Assembly: GCF_009914755.1 (NCBI RefSeq)
Contig: NC_060939.1
Reading direction: 5' to 3' (one strand)
From: the human T2T-CHM13v2.0 reference genome, Homo sapiens
Length of the DNA stretch: 64,000 bases
Positions 13,975-24,650 of the stretch are shown in pieces. How positions within the stretch are numbered: the stretch's first letter is position 1; each line of letters opens with the position of its first letter. The position numbers were made by a program, and so were the translations under genes. Below the pieces are notes generated by a model that was not told where the DNA came from, ran no database searches, and worked only from the letters and a program-made list of their open reading frames with translations.

Positions 13975-14460
13975 TTTAATATTTATTCAGTGCTTGCTTT
14001 GTTCCAGGTCAGATGCTAAACACTTTACATGCATTACCACATTCTGTTTTTATAAAATCAATTTGAATATTATTATCATCATCCCTGTTTTCCAGATGAG
14101 AAGACTGAAGCATGTGTGGCTAAATAAATTATCCCAAGTCACAAGTCTAGTGAGAGGAGGAGCCTGGGTTTCAATCCAGACTAATATTCCAAAGACTTCA
14201 TTATCATCTATTGCTATTAACTATGACCTCACTATTATTAACTACTATTACAACTAAGTAAGGGGTAGAATTCAACTCCTACTTGCTTACTACTCTGTGA
14301 CATTAGGCAATTCACTTAAACTCTCTAAGCTTCAGTTTTCTCATCTATAAAAATGATAATAATAATAATAGTACTTACCTTGTAGCATTGTTGCAAGTTA
14401 ATATTTGTAAAATGCTTAGAACAGAGTTTGGGTGCATATTAAGTACTGATGTTTTGTTTA
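13975..14460. mobile_element. Two adjacent MIRs in opposite orientation (- at ~13975-14190, + at ~14250-14460)
   Basis: Core seen as tttccagatgagaagactgaag (minus) and cttcagttttctcatctataaaaatg (plus). Confidence 0.7.
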
Positions 14461-14864
14461 ATAACAGTTAAGAAGTTGTACTTTCTGATGACTGATGAAC
14501 TTTTATTAACAATTACACACACAGATTTTCTGTAATTTTCAGGTGACCGTTATGCTTCAAACTGGACTGTAAACAAAATGACTACTTTCCACTGATGGGA
14601 AATGTATGTAGATAATGTTTAAGCATAATCACTAACCATGTAAAGCATTGAGCCCTTTACAATTTCTTCTGGTGAAAACACTCAATTATCTCCATTCATC
14701 CATACCTTCCTTCTTTTACTCATTTAACAAACATTCTCATGCCAGTACTTTGCTGAGTCCTGGGGACGCAGGATGAATAAATGGAGAAGGATCCAATCTA
14801 GAGCTGACTGTATTCTCTGGTTTAGCACATAAGGGAGTGTGAGAAAGTCGTAGGTTCCATTGTT

Positions 14865-15300
14865 AGATCTGTTTAACAAGTATTTATTGGGCGTCCATTA
14901 AATGCCAGGCACTGTGGTGGGCACTGGGACTGTCTAGGTAAATAGAGATTGCTGCTGTTAAGGAGTGTCGAGTGGGGAAGACATGCTAAATCGGTAATTT
15001 GCCTTCAATTTACTTAATTACGTAAGTGAACTGGTTAGGGGAGCACAGAAGAAAAGCACTTATGCCCATGGTAGGGGCTAGTGGGATGAGGCAAGTTTTG
15101 ACATTTAAACAAATTGTTGGCTAGAAGTCAGGAAAAGCAGAAATTAAACTACATACCAATATGGGGATGGAGTACCCAGAAAGCAGAGACACCATGAAAC
15201 AGTGTGGCACAGTGGTGAACCGCAAGTTTCTGGGTAATGCTAGCATCTAAAGCATAAGGTAGGGAGAGGGGGGAGTTAGACTGGAGAAGTAGCAAAGTTA
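14865..15300 (-). mobile_element. L2 3' fragment
   Basis: aacaagtatttattgggcgtcc...tgccaggcactgtg is the antisense L2 terminus. Confidence 0.6.
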
Positions 15301-16940
15301 AAAGGTTAAAAGTGTGTAAAATCAACTGATGAGACCAAATGCTAATAAACCACAACAATGGTAGCTGCATAAAGAGTTAGCAGTTTTCCTTAGACTTCTT
15401 TCCACTAAAATCCAAATAAAAGGAGCGTTGTTTTCCTATCAAGATTCTTGGAACCAGGGAAATGATAAATGCTTAAAAGTAATATTTTGGTCTTGACCAA
15501 AAGGTAAAGGATACCATTCGTACCATGCCACAGTGAAGAGCCTACTTCCTACCTCTCATCCCCAGCAAGCCAAATATAGGGATCGACTCCGAAGTCTTCA
15601 CTGATAATGTAGACTGAAAACACGGCTAATCCATGGCTTGAAACGACCTACCAGCATATCCTTCTGCAATCTAAAAGTTTATTTTTTCCTGGATTTAGGA
15701 ACTCAGTCTAGGGCAAATTGCACTCTTCAGGTGGCACTCTGGAAAGCTGACGATTGTGGAATTTTAGCAAGGAATTTAGGAATCTCCAGAATTTAATTTT
15801 TTTTCCCTCTTTGCTGCTACTGCAGATGCAGGACAACTCAAGAGCTTTCTGTCTCCAGGTGGGTGGCGATTTGACTCCTCATCAAGCCAATGGCCACCCC
15901 CTTGCAATCTTTATGCAATGCACAGTATCCTCTGCCTGCAACGGGGGCTTGCTCCCTTGATGGAGAAAATACAGAATAACTGGACGCCAGGAAACAGGCA
16001 CAGCTTTCTGGGTCAGAAGTTGGCTGGGGAAGGGCCCTGACTGCCAAGTAACTTGCAATGATGTCAGAGCCCAGCACAACCAGAAAACACCAACTAGCCG
16101 GCCAACAAAAGACCTAATAACAACAGGAAAAAAATCACAGAGCTGTGTTGCCAAAGCTGTTCTTTCCGCCCCCTACTCTTTTCTTCTAATTGGAAGAACA
16201 GCAGGAAAGAGTCTATATTTTAAAAGACTCCTCATCCTTCTCTCCCCTTCTTTCCTTGGGTTACACAGTGTTAACTAGGGAGGAAATAGTTCTCCGGATG
16301 AGTCCTGCAGCAGTTGCTTGGGGTGTCTTTTTTGAGTTCCTTTTCAAGGCTGTCCTTGGAAGTTTCAGAAACAACGAGGACCAGGGTATTTTTCCTAAAT
16401 GTAAACATGTAACTGTGTTTGGGAGAAAGCAGGAACCATTGAGGAAAGGAAGTCCTTTCTGCGCCCCTCTCTTCTCTCTTTCACGGTAATTAACCATACT
16501 CAAATGAAAATTAAGTTTGGCGGAAAAAGCTCTCTTCTTTTTCTTTAAACAGGGGCATCATGGTTCATTCTAGCCATTTAGAGCCCTCAGTGATCCATAA
16601 TTCAACTGGAAATTAATAAAACACAGCCCGTTCTTGGAAATGAAGTTTGAATTAAAATCCTCTTGTTTTGGAATATGTGACTTTTTTTTTCCTTTCATTT
16701 GTGACAGTCAATTTTAAATGATGTCACTTCAAGGACATTTTCATTTCTCCCACAACATATTACATGAAACACTTGCCTGTAAAACCGGCTCATTAGCCTG
16801 CAAAATTATACTGTACAGAATGGCTTTCATTCAAAGTAGAAATGGGATTTTTAGTAGGCAATTTCTGTATTTTATAAAGATAAAGCAATGTTTGATTGCT
16901 TTCTTCCCAGCCGTTTTGCTTAGTGGTTATAAAGAGAAAT

Positions 16941-16969
16941 GGGGGGCGGGGGGGTAATGTGGGGGCGGG
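16941..16969 (+). promoter_or_regulatory. Two Sp/KLF GC boxes within a G-quadruplex-capable tract
   Basis: GGGGGGCGGGGGGGTAATGTGGGGGCGGG immediately upstream of the CpG island. Confidence 0.6.
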
Positions 16970-17419
16970 TTTGTAAAGATGTGCTTAAAAAATAAATCTT
17001 ACACTGGAAAACTAAGGCAGAACTTCACGGAACAACTGCGCCCGCAGCTCTCCTGGGCTGCAGTGATTTGTCCTCTGGGTTCTGGAGGAAAGCTCTGAAA
17101 GAAGTGAGCGAGAGGGAAAGAGGGAGGGAATCGAAAAGGTTGCTTCGCAGGCTGCAGCACCCACTGCGAGCTGGATGACTGAGGCACTGGGAGTTGCTAG
17201 AAGGAGCAGCTACTCAGAGGTGGGGAGAGGGAGGGTGCGCAGCAGAGCGCCGGAGAGGAGGGACGCGGAGGCCACCGAGGGGTCAGCAGGGCCGCGGCGC
17301 CAGGGTGGGGGCCTCCAGGCGGCGCTGGCCACGGTTCACCCGCGAGGGCGAGCGCGCCCGGCCGGCCGCGCCTCCTGCCGTCCGTGCCCGGGGGTGGGAC
17401 CCGCGCCGGGAGCTGCCGA

Positions 17420-17708
17420 GTGCGTGGAGGGAGCCAGGCTCCGGCTCGCCTGATGGATTGACTTGGAGATGGATCGAATTACACCATTTGCCGTGCATCG
17501 GTTTGTTTTGCTCCTGCTCTGTCCCGCTGCTGCTGCTGCTGCTGCAAGGGGTGGTGGCGAGTTTCAGGATTCTATCAAGGAAGCCAAGACCTAAGGAGAC
17601 AGAGGGATATCTATTTTTACAATATTTTTCTTTATTTTCTTTCTTCCTTGCGCGTGGCAAGCTTTTTTTTTTCTTTTTCTTTTTTCTTACCAGCCTCCCC
17701 CCAATGAG
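17420..17708 (+). other. SEMA6D: Candidate non-coding first exon 1a of SEMA6D (5' boundary uncertain)
   Basis: Strong donor GAG|GTAAGA at 17708/17709 inside the CpG island; TSS not determinable from sequence. Confidence 0.7.
17527..17544 (+). repeat. (CTG)6 in candidate exon 1a
   Basis: Directly visible. Confidence 0.9.
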
Positions 17709-17750
17709 GTAAGACCGTTTTCAACAATTTGCTAATGCTCTTGTGGCGCC

Positions 17751-17782
17751 CGGTGGGGGTCGGAACCTGAGATCCCGAATCG

Positions 17783-17819
<37 letters not shown>

Positions 17820-17849
17820 GTGGGGGTCGGAACCTGAGATCCCGAATCG

Positions 17850-17892
<43 letters not shown>
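17751..17892 (+). repeat. Tandem duplication: [33-bp unit + (TG)16 + CG][33-bp unit + (TG)21]
   Basis: CGGTGGGGGTCGGAACCTGAGATCCCGAATCGC is identical at 17751-17783 and 17818-17850. Confidence 0.97.
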
Positions 17893-17894
<2 letters not shown>

Positions 17895-18502
17895 GCCACT
17901 GGACAGTTGATTTATTTTCCAAGCTGCTCTCTCTGCCTGCCGTGCAAGGGACGCGCAAAGGGCTAGAGAGGTTTGGCGGACGCGTCAAAACTGGCAAAGC
18001 TGGCGGCTTAGGGGGAGGGGCAAGTGGACTTGGAGGCCCTCCTCCACTGTGCACCCCCTTGGAAAAAAAGCGGAGGGGGCATCAAGTAAAAGTTTCTTGC
18101 CAGGCAGAGCCAGCTCGGCGTCCCCCGCACATAGCTGGGGTTAGCAGGGGTTGCTTCTCTGCCGGGCACAGCGTCTCCAGGAGCCAGCCGGGGAGAGCTG
18201 AGCCAAGGCCGAAGGAGCCGCCTGCGGGCTTAGCCGCCCCCTCCCGCCCGTTGGCCCCAGAGCGGACGCTGGGACGCCCGGGGTCTGGCAGCTCTGCGCC
18301 CGGCTAGGAGCGGGCGGGCGAGCATTAGCCTGCGTCCTGGAGAAGGGGCGCAGCGCCGCAGTTGAGGCCGGAGCAGCCCCTCGCGGGCGTAGGATACCTG
18401 TCAGTGAGCGCCCGGATTGCACGGCCCCCGGGTAGTGCCTGCCGGCGAGGGGCGGGAGCTCGGGTGACTTGGCCATCCCCATCCCCGGCCCAGGCCCGGA
18501 GG

Positions 18503-18887
18503 GCGGCCGCTTCCCACCGTCCCTCTCCCCTTACTGGCAGAGCGCGCTGCGGGCGGACTCCCGGGCCCGGAGCAGCCCACCGGCCACCCCACCGCCCACC
18601 CGGCTCCCGGTGTCTCCTCCCGGCCGCTCTACCCAGCAACTTTCCGTGCTTTGTTCCCCGACTGGAAATGCTTTACGGAAGCGTCTTGGACAGGGTCTCC
18701 GCCAGGCGACAAGAGCTCGGTGCTGAGATGTGTTACGTTCTCATCTCCCCATCAATTATGGATGGAAACAAATAAGGAAGAGTCAATTTTGCTGAGCCCC
18801 TTCTCCGGCAACGAGAGGCGTTCTGCAGCCGGGAGGGAGCCGCCGCTCGCGCCGGCAGCCGCTGGCAGGGGCATGGTGAGGAGGAAG
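18503..18887 (+). other. SEMA6D: Candidate non-coding first exon 1b of SEMA6D (5' boundary uncertain)
   Basis: Donor AAG|GTAGGG at 18887/18888; the junction ...gaggaggaag|gtagctcagtgg matches my recollection of a SEMA6D mRNA 5'UTR. Confidence 0.75.
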
Positions 18888-21800
18888 GTAGGGAAACTTT
18901 TATTTCCCGTCTTGACAGCGGCGGTGTTTGTCCCTGGTCTGCAGAAACTGATACAGTAGCCTCCTTCCTTGGGTAATTTAGGAGGGCTTGAAGCTTCTTC
19001 TGTCATGTGTAATTCTTGGATTGAAATGAAAGGTCATAAAGGACTTGGAAGTGTGCACGAGAATTGGGTTTGAAAAATTTGTGCTCCATCCACTCTTGGG
19101 ACCATTGCTGTCAGGTGATTGTTTAAATCCTGAACTTGTTAAAAGGCGAAATGTCAGGGAGCTGGCGGGGGTGGGGGTGTGGAGGGGGATTGAAGTCCCG
19201 GTATGAATCGCAGCGTTTGAGGAACTTAGGGCAGTACTCCCTGTTCTGGGGTGACCATTCGGTAACTGATGTTCCAGCATCCCGAGCCCTCAGCGCCGTC
19301 AGCTGGATGATCTCACAGGGAAGGCGCAGCACATCGTTACTATAGATATATAGACTTCGTCAACAGTCATTGGACCTTATGTCTGCCACTACAGCGGGGG
19401 CTTTCCTTTAAAAATAACTGTAGTGTTTCCTGTTACTTGGGGTGAAAGGGCAATGAGTAGGACGATTTTTCCCCAAAACTTCTGGCGGTAAGAATTTTAA
19501 GTCTGTAATAAAAATTATGGGTGCTTTTTAAGGTTGCCCTTCCCCCTACTTGATATTTGGGGCCATTAAGTGGATTATTTTGTTTATTCCAAAGCTGAAG
19601 TCCCTGGGAAAGGTCTAACATTTTTCTAAACTGGTTTGATCTCTGTCCCTTAGAATAGGAAAAATACTTGTTTGAAGAAAATTTTCAAGGTTTCTTCCTT
19701 GTAGTATAAAGAAATCTCATCTCAGACCGCTCAAGGGAAGGATTTTACTCTCCTTTGGTGGCTTAAAAACAGTAGCTTTTGATACTGGTTTACTCTTGCT
19801 GTTAAAAAATAAATCCCCTTACTCTCTTAGGTGTCTAACTCAGGAAATTAAGTTGTGTGTAGTCATGTTTAATGTAGTGAGTGACAGGCATATTCTTTCA
19901 AGCTGGCAGATATTACACAAACATTTACTCTGGCTTAGATAAATAGAAAATGCCAGATAAGCTCTGAGATTTGGGTCTATATTACCATGAACCTAAACAT
20001 CTAGAGATAAATAAACCATAGTTCAGCCATAGCTGAGTTTTGTTTTTTATAGTTACTGTCTGTGCTTTGTTTGGTTTAGGTCTCTTAGAATGTACTTCCA
20101 GAAAGACAGTTAAATAGATAACCCTAAGGCTTCCAAAATGTGTTGTTGAGCAGACTGTTTTCTTTCATTGGCACATTTTGTTAGATTAACAACTAGCAAC
20201 TATTTCTTACTGCATCCTACAGAATATTCCTACCTGGCCTTATTCCTCGTAGGGATGCTATATCAATAACCTTTCTTTTTTTTTTTTTTTTTTTTTTTGG
20301 AACATTTCTGTGACTCAGGAGAGTATGCCAGAAATGTTGTGACTTCTTCATCACCAACAGCTGGTTAACTTGAGTTTGATTTAGATTTGTGGGCATTTTG
20401 CCGTCTTCCTCTTCTTTCTCTCTTTTTTTCTTTTGGTGCCCTCTAATAGCACCATCTGGTCATGTCTCCCCTGGTTTGATGGGTTGATGGATTTGAAAGA
20501 TGGCTGTGATGTAAATCCGTTAGTCCTTAGAGTGAGGACAACTTAGAAATCCAGAAGACTTCAGTTCCTTGCTGCATGCACAGAAAGGCTCTGTCCAGTA
20601 ACTGTGACTGGGGTAAGCAGGCCCCTACATCAATGTCGTGGTTTCTGTCGCTTGAAAGGCCACAAGCAAGTAAACAGGAATCAGAGCCTTGATTCACAAA
20701 GATGGCCATAATTGCTAAAGACTTATTGAAACTGGAGAAGTTCTTCACTTCTTGCTGCTCCATCATAATAAACCTTGGTAATTAGCTTAGTCATTGTTCT
20801 TGCATGTGAGTTTCACTAAGATACAAAGAGTGAAAAATGCATCTGAAATAGGGTCATTTTTCACCCTTTTGATGCATTTTATGCAGAGTTAAGAGCCTGG
20901 CTGAATGCCTAACCATTAGTAGTGTAACCGTAGGAGGTGAACTCTTTCCTTGTTATATTGCGTGATAAAATATTGTCTTTTATTTTAATTAATAGACTTT
21001 AAGCCTGCATATTCTAGATGCCTTTCTAGAGGAAGCAAGAAGCAGTTGGGGTATGCCAACTAGGCAGTATTTACTGAATATTTATCATTTGCAAGGAGCT
21101 GTGCTAGCCAGTGTTCCAACACCAGGTGAGCCAGATATGTTTCTCTGTATTTTCAATAGAGCAAAAATAGAAGGAAATAAAGGATGGGAAAACAGACCTT
21201 TTGACAAGAAATGTAGATATGCTTCTTTCTTTAGAAGTGTATTATTTTATTCTAGAGATTTTAAAGCAAGATTATCCATACCAGATATTTGCAGTGGTGC
21301 AGCCTACCTGCCTTTAACACTAGTGAATGATTCAATGTACTGTTAAGTGTAATTCACGCATTGAATCTGTCCTTAGAGTGAGAGATCTCACTTTCTGTGG
21401 CTCATGTGAATGGAGACTTAGTGTTAATATCTACCAAAGCTAGTGTCTTGGGTTGCCGCTGATTTTGTGAACAGCTGCCAACTTCCAATTGGGGAAAAAA
21501 AAAGTGTTCTGATTTATTCCCATGACACAAGGAGAGAATAAAAATCACATAACTATTTTAAACATACCATAACACTTTCTAGTTGAGGTGGCTATTGTCA
21601 GGTGGAGTTTTCCTCCTCACACCTGACAACACTGGCAGTGCCACTGATAATTGAAGCTGCTTGCATTTCTCCCAACAGGAAAACTACTAGACGTTCTTAC
21701 TTTGAAAAACAACCATTTATGTAACCAAGGGCGATCAAATCAGTGGTCCACACAGATACCACATGAGGTGTACTTATTTCTCAAACTTTCCTTTTCTATT

Positions 21801-22809
21801 AAGCTTTTGTTAACTCACCCAGATTAGCATTTTAACAACCCTGAAGTGAACTTCTGCCATTCTCTCTGCTTGGACACAGTATGTAGATCATCCATCATCC
21901 TGTCCTTGGCTACAACAGGCTGCTGGCTCTATCACCATTTGGAGCTACATGGAATCCATCCGGCTGTGAACAGCACAGCTGGCTACAGCAATTTTTTCTT
22001 CTATACCACTGGCAGTATTGTCTGCCTGTGGTAACTAAAGTTAACACCCAGAACGGGAAGTTTCCATTGTTTGGCAACCTGTCCCAGGCCCCTCATCCAG
22101 TTCTGGGGTCACAGCTACTGAAAGTCCTTGCCACCTTGCAATGGTGTGTTCCATTTAAAAGGAGGCTTGCCCCAACCTTATACCACCACAGGAAAGATTC
22201 TTGAGGCCTGTAAGATCAAACCACCAGAATCACAGAATTAGAAGGAGCCATTCAGCCACCACTCATCTTACACCTTCAGAACTTGAGTCTACTTGAAAAG
22301 GGGAAGAAAGGAATGAAGTAGCCTTCAGCCTGTGATCCCAAATGACTGAAGATAGAAAAAAGACCTTTTTTGGTGAACTGACCAAGTTATTGCTACATCC
22401 CTTTTCACAAAGAACACGCGATGTACCTAAATATGGGGCCCGTGTGTACTAGTGCCGAAACTTTCTGTCGCTTTTTTTTTGTTTTGTTTTCTTCTTTTTA
22501 CTCAATAAGATATCTGTTATAGTAGCCATTGCTTGTTAAAGCAAGAATAACATGAATTAGCTGGCTACATCTGTAGGTTATGTTGCCAGGCTTTTTTGTT
22601 TGGATGTTTAAACTTTCATAATTAGGAATCCAGTTTTTGGAAATTGATGTGTCAAGGGGAGACTGCCTCATGTTTGGGTGTGAGTTAGCATGTAGTCTTT
22701 CTTCTCTCCATAACATTTACTAGTGAAATCAGCCACAAAACATCTGAAGGATGATGGTGATGATGATGGAGGCGGAGGAAGAAGAGGAAAGAACAGCAGC
22801 AACCACAAT

Positions 22810-23060
22810 ACTTAACACTTAATGTTAGCTTACTAAATTCTAGGCACCGTCCTAAGATCTTTATATTGGTTATATCATATAACCCTCAGACAGCTCTGTA
22901 AGGTGAATTCTGTTATTATCACTGCTTTATTGGTAAACAAAGTGAGGTGCTGAGAAGCTGTCATTTTCCTGAGGTTACATAATGGAAAGGTGGTAGGGGC
23001 AGGATTTGAACTTAGGCTTCCCGACATCTCAGCCCACTTTTTCACCACTGCACCGGATTG
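22810..23060 (-). mobile_element. MIR
   Basis: Antisense MIR features (ggcaccgtcctaag ... ggcaggatttgaactt). Confidence 0.6.
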
Positions 23061-23664
23061 CTTCCAAGAACACAGACCACCCTGCAGTTTTCTGACTTCC
23101 TAATACTTCTGACATTTGCTTTTCAATGAAAAAGTCATGTTTTGGGGGAAAATTGCGTACTGAGTGAAATTATATGTACACGGTGGATGTGCTCTTAAAT
23201 TACCATCTTTTTTCTAATCTAAATCACATTGTTATACTTTACTTTCATTTTTTATTTCCATTGGCCGTATAATTATTACACACCCTTCTTTTCAAGCATC
23301 CTAGAACGGTATCTTCTCCCACCATTTTTCTCCATGTTAGGCTTTCCTGTCCAAGATTACAGTGGCATAGGACAAATGGCAATATTCATCACTCTCCACC
23401 AAAAAGTGCTTCTGCGTCCGGGTGTGATTGACATTCATTTCCCTGATCTTGGCAGGTGAAGATCCATTACGTATCTTTGTCCCATTTCCCGGGGGGAATT
23501 TATGGGCCCCATCAGCAAAGACAGTGAGAGCTGCAGCTGTTCAAGCATTAGTGGCACCAGTATGGAAAGTGTATTACTGAAGTTAAAGTCTCTATTAGAT
23601 TGTACTATACATTTTTCTTAGTTATGATGGAGGGAAAATCTTTCAATCAGATACATTGTTGAGA

Positions 23665-23714
23665 AATTCTCTCTCATGCATCAGCATTTAATTCTCTCTC
23701 ATGCATCAGCATTT
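23665..23714 (+). repeat. Perfect 25-bp tandem duplication
   Basis: AATTCTCTCTCATGCATCAGCATTT twice. Confidence 0.95.
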
Positions 23715-24269
23715 TTTTTTGTTCTTTTTTTATTCAGGATCTCTATGAGAAGAAACAAAAAGGGAAATACACATGACCACTACACATAATACTGAAATGT
23801 AAGGTTCTCAACATATATTTACAGGAAGGAATATGGGTTTTTAAAGCCCAATATGTTGGTACATATATAATAAGGCCTCAGGAAGATCTGCAATTACTTA
23901 GCCTATTATTGGAGTCTGTACTTAAAAATAACGTCAGGAGTTTCTACTCAGCTGAGGAACTGGCACATAAGAACCAGAGCAGACGAAGCTCTTTGAGAAA
24001 ATAACACTTCTACTCCCCAGGAGCAGGCTGTCAGCAAAGCAGGGACTGAGATTCCCCTCTCCACTGGCCTACGCCTCACTTGTTAGTATAAGGGTCTTTG
24101 CAAGCTTTTTTTGGTCTACAGAGTTGTCTTTATTTATCAGTAAGTCTTCAGGCCTCCTCTGGGTAATTGGTGGATCAAATAAAGATATTTTTAAAAGCTA
24201 CAGAGGGAGAAGAGGAGGCAGAAGAAGGAATAAAGAATGTTGCAGTTGTTCTTGCCATTGCTGGCACTA

Positions 24270-24650
24270 ACATTTGTTCATTCAGCTAACTTTTACCCTG
24301 GGTCTACTCTGTACAAGTGGGTACAGGGCAGGAGAGGGCCCAAAGAGGAGCATCACACAATTCCAGAGGTCAGGGATCTTACTGCGTGCTGTAGGAAAAA
24401 CAAGGTGTACAAATAGCTGAAACGCTGTGTGTTTTAAGTGCCAGAAAAGATATACACAGACTTAGGGAAATTGAGAAGAGTGAGAGGTTATTTCTGGCTA
24501 GGGTGGTCAGGGAAGGCTCTGTGGAGTCACTGATATTTGAGCTGGTTCTTGAACTAGGTAGGATTTGGACAGGTGGACAGTGAGGGGTGGTGGGGGAGGT
24601 GTTGAGAGGGAGGGAATTCCAGGCATAGAGAACAGCTTAGGCAAAAGCCC
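24270..24650 (-). mobile_element. L2 fragment
   Basis: ttcattcagc ... gtcagggaaggctctgtggag...tttgagctgg...gaattccaggcatagagaacagc. Confidence 0.65.

Larger units (their letters stand above)
17030..19330. promoter_or_regulatory. SEMA6D: CpG island / SEMA6D promoter region
   Basis: Abrupt shift to high GC with dense CpG, GC boxes and NotI/BssHII-type sites, in an otherwise AT-rich CpG-depleted window; contains two good 5' splice donors. Confidence 0.92.

Noticed and set aside
17751-17892. Repeat-spacer-repeat look (CRISPR-like)
   Set aside because: Only two units, the spacers are TG microsatellite, the context is human and there are no cas genes
17175-19345. Many overlapping 60-170 aa ORFs on both strands
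   Set aside because: Expected from stop-codon scarcity in a GC-rich island; low-complexity Pro/Arg/Gly or CV/HT repeats, and many start at non-ATG codons
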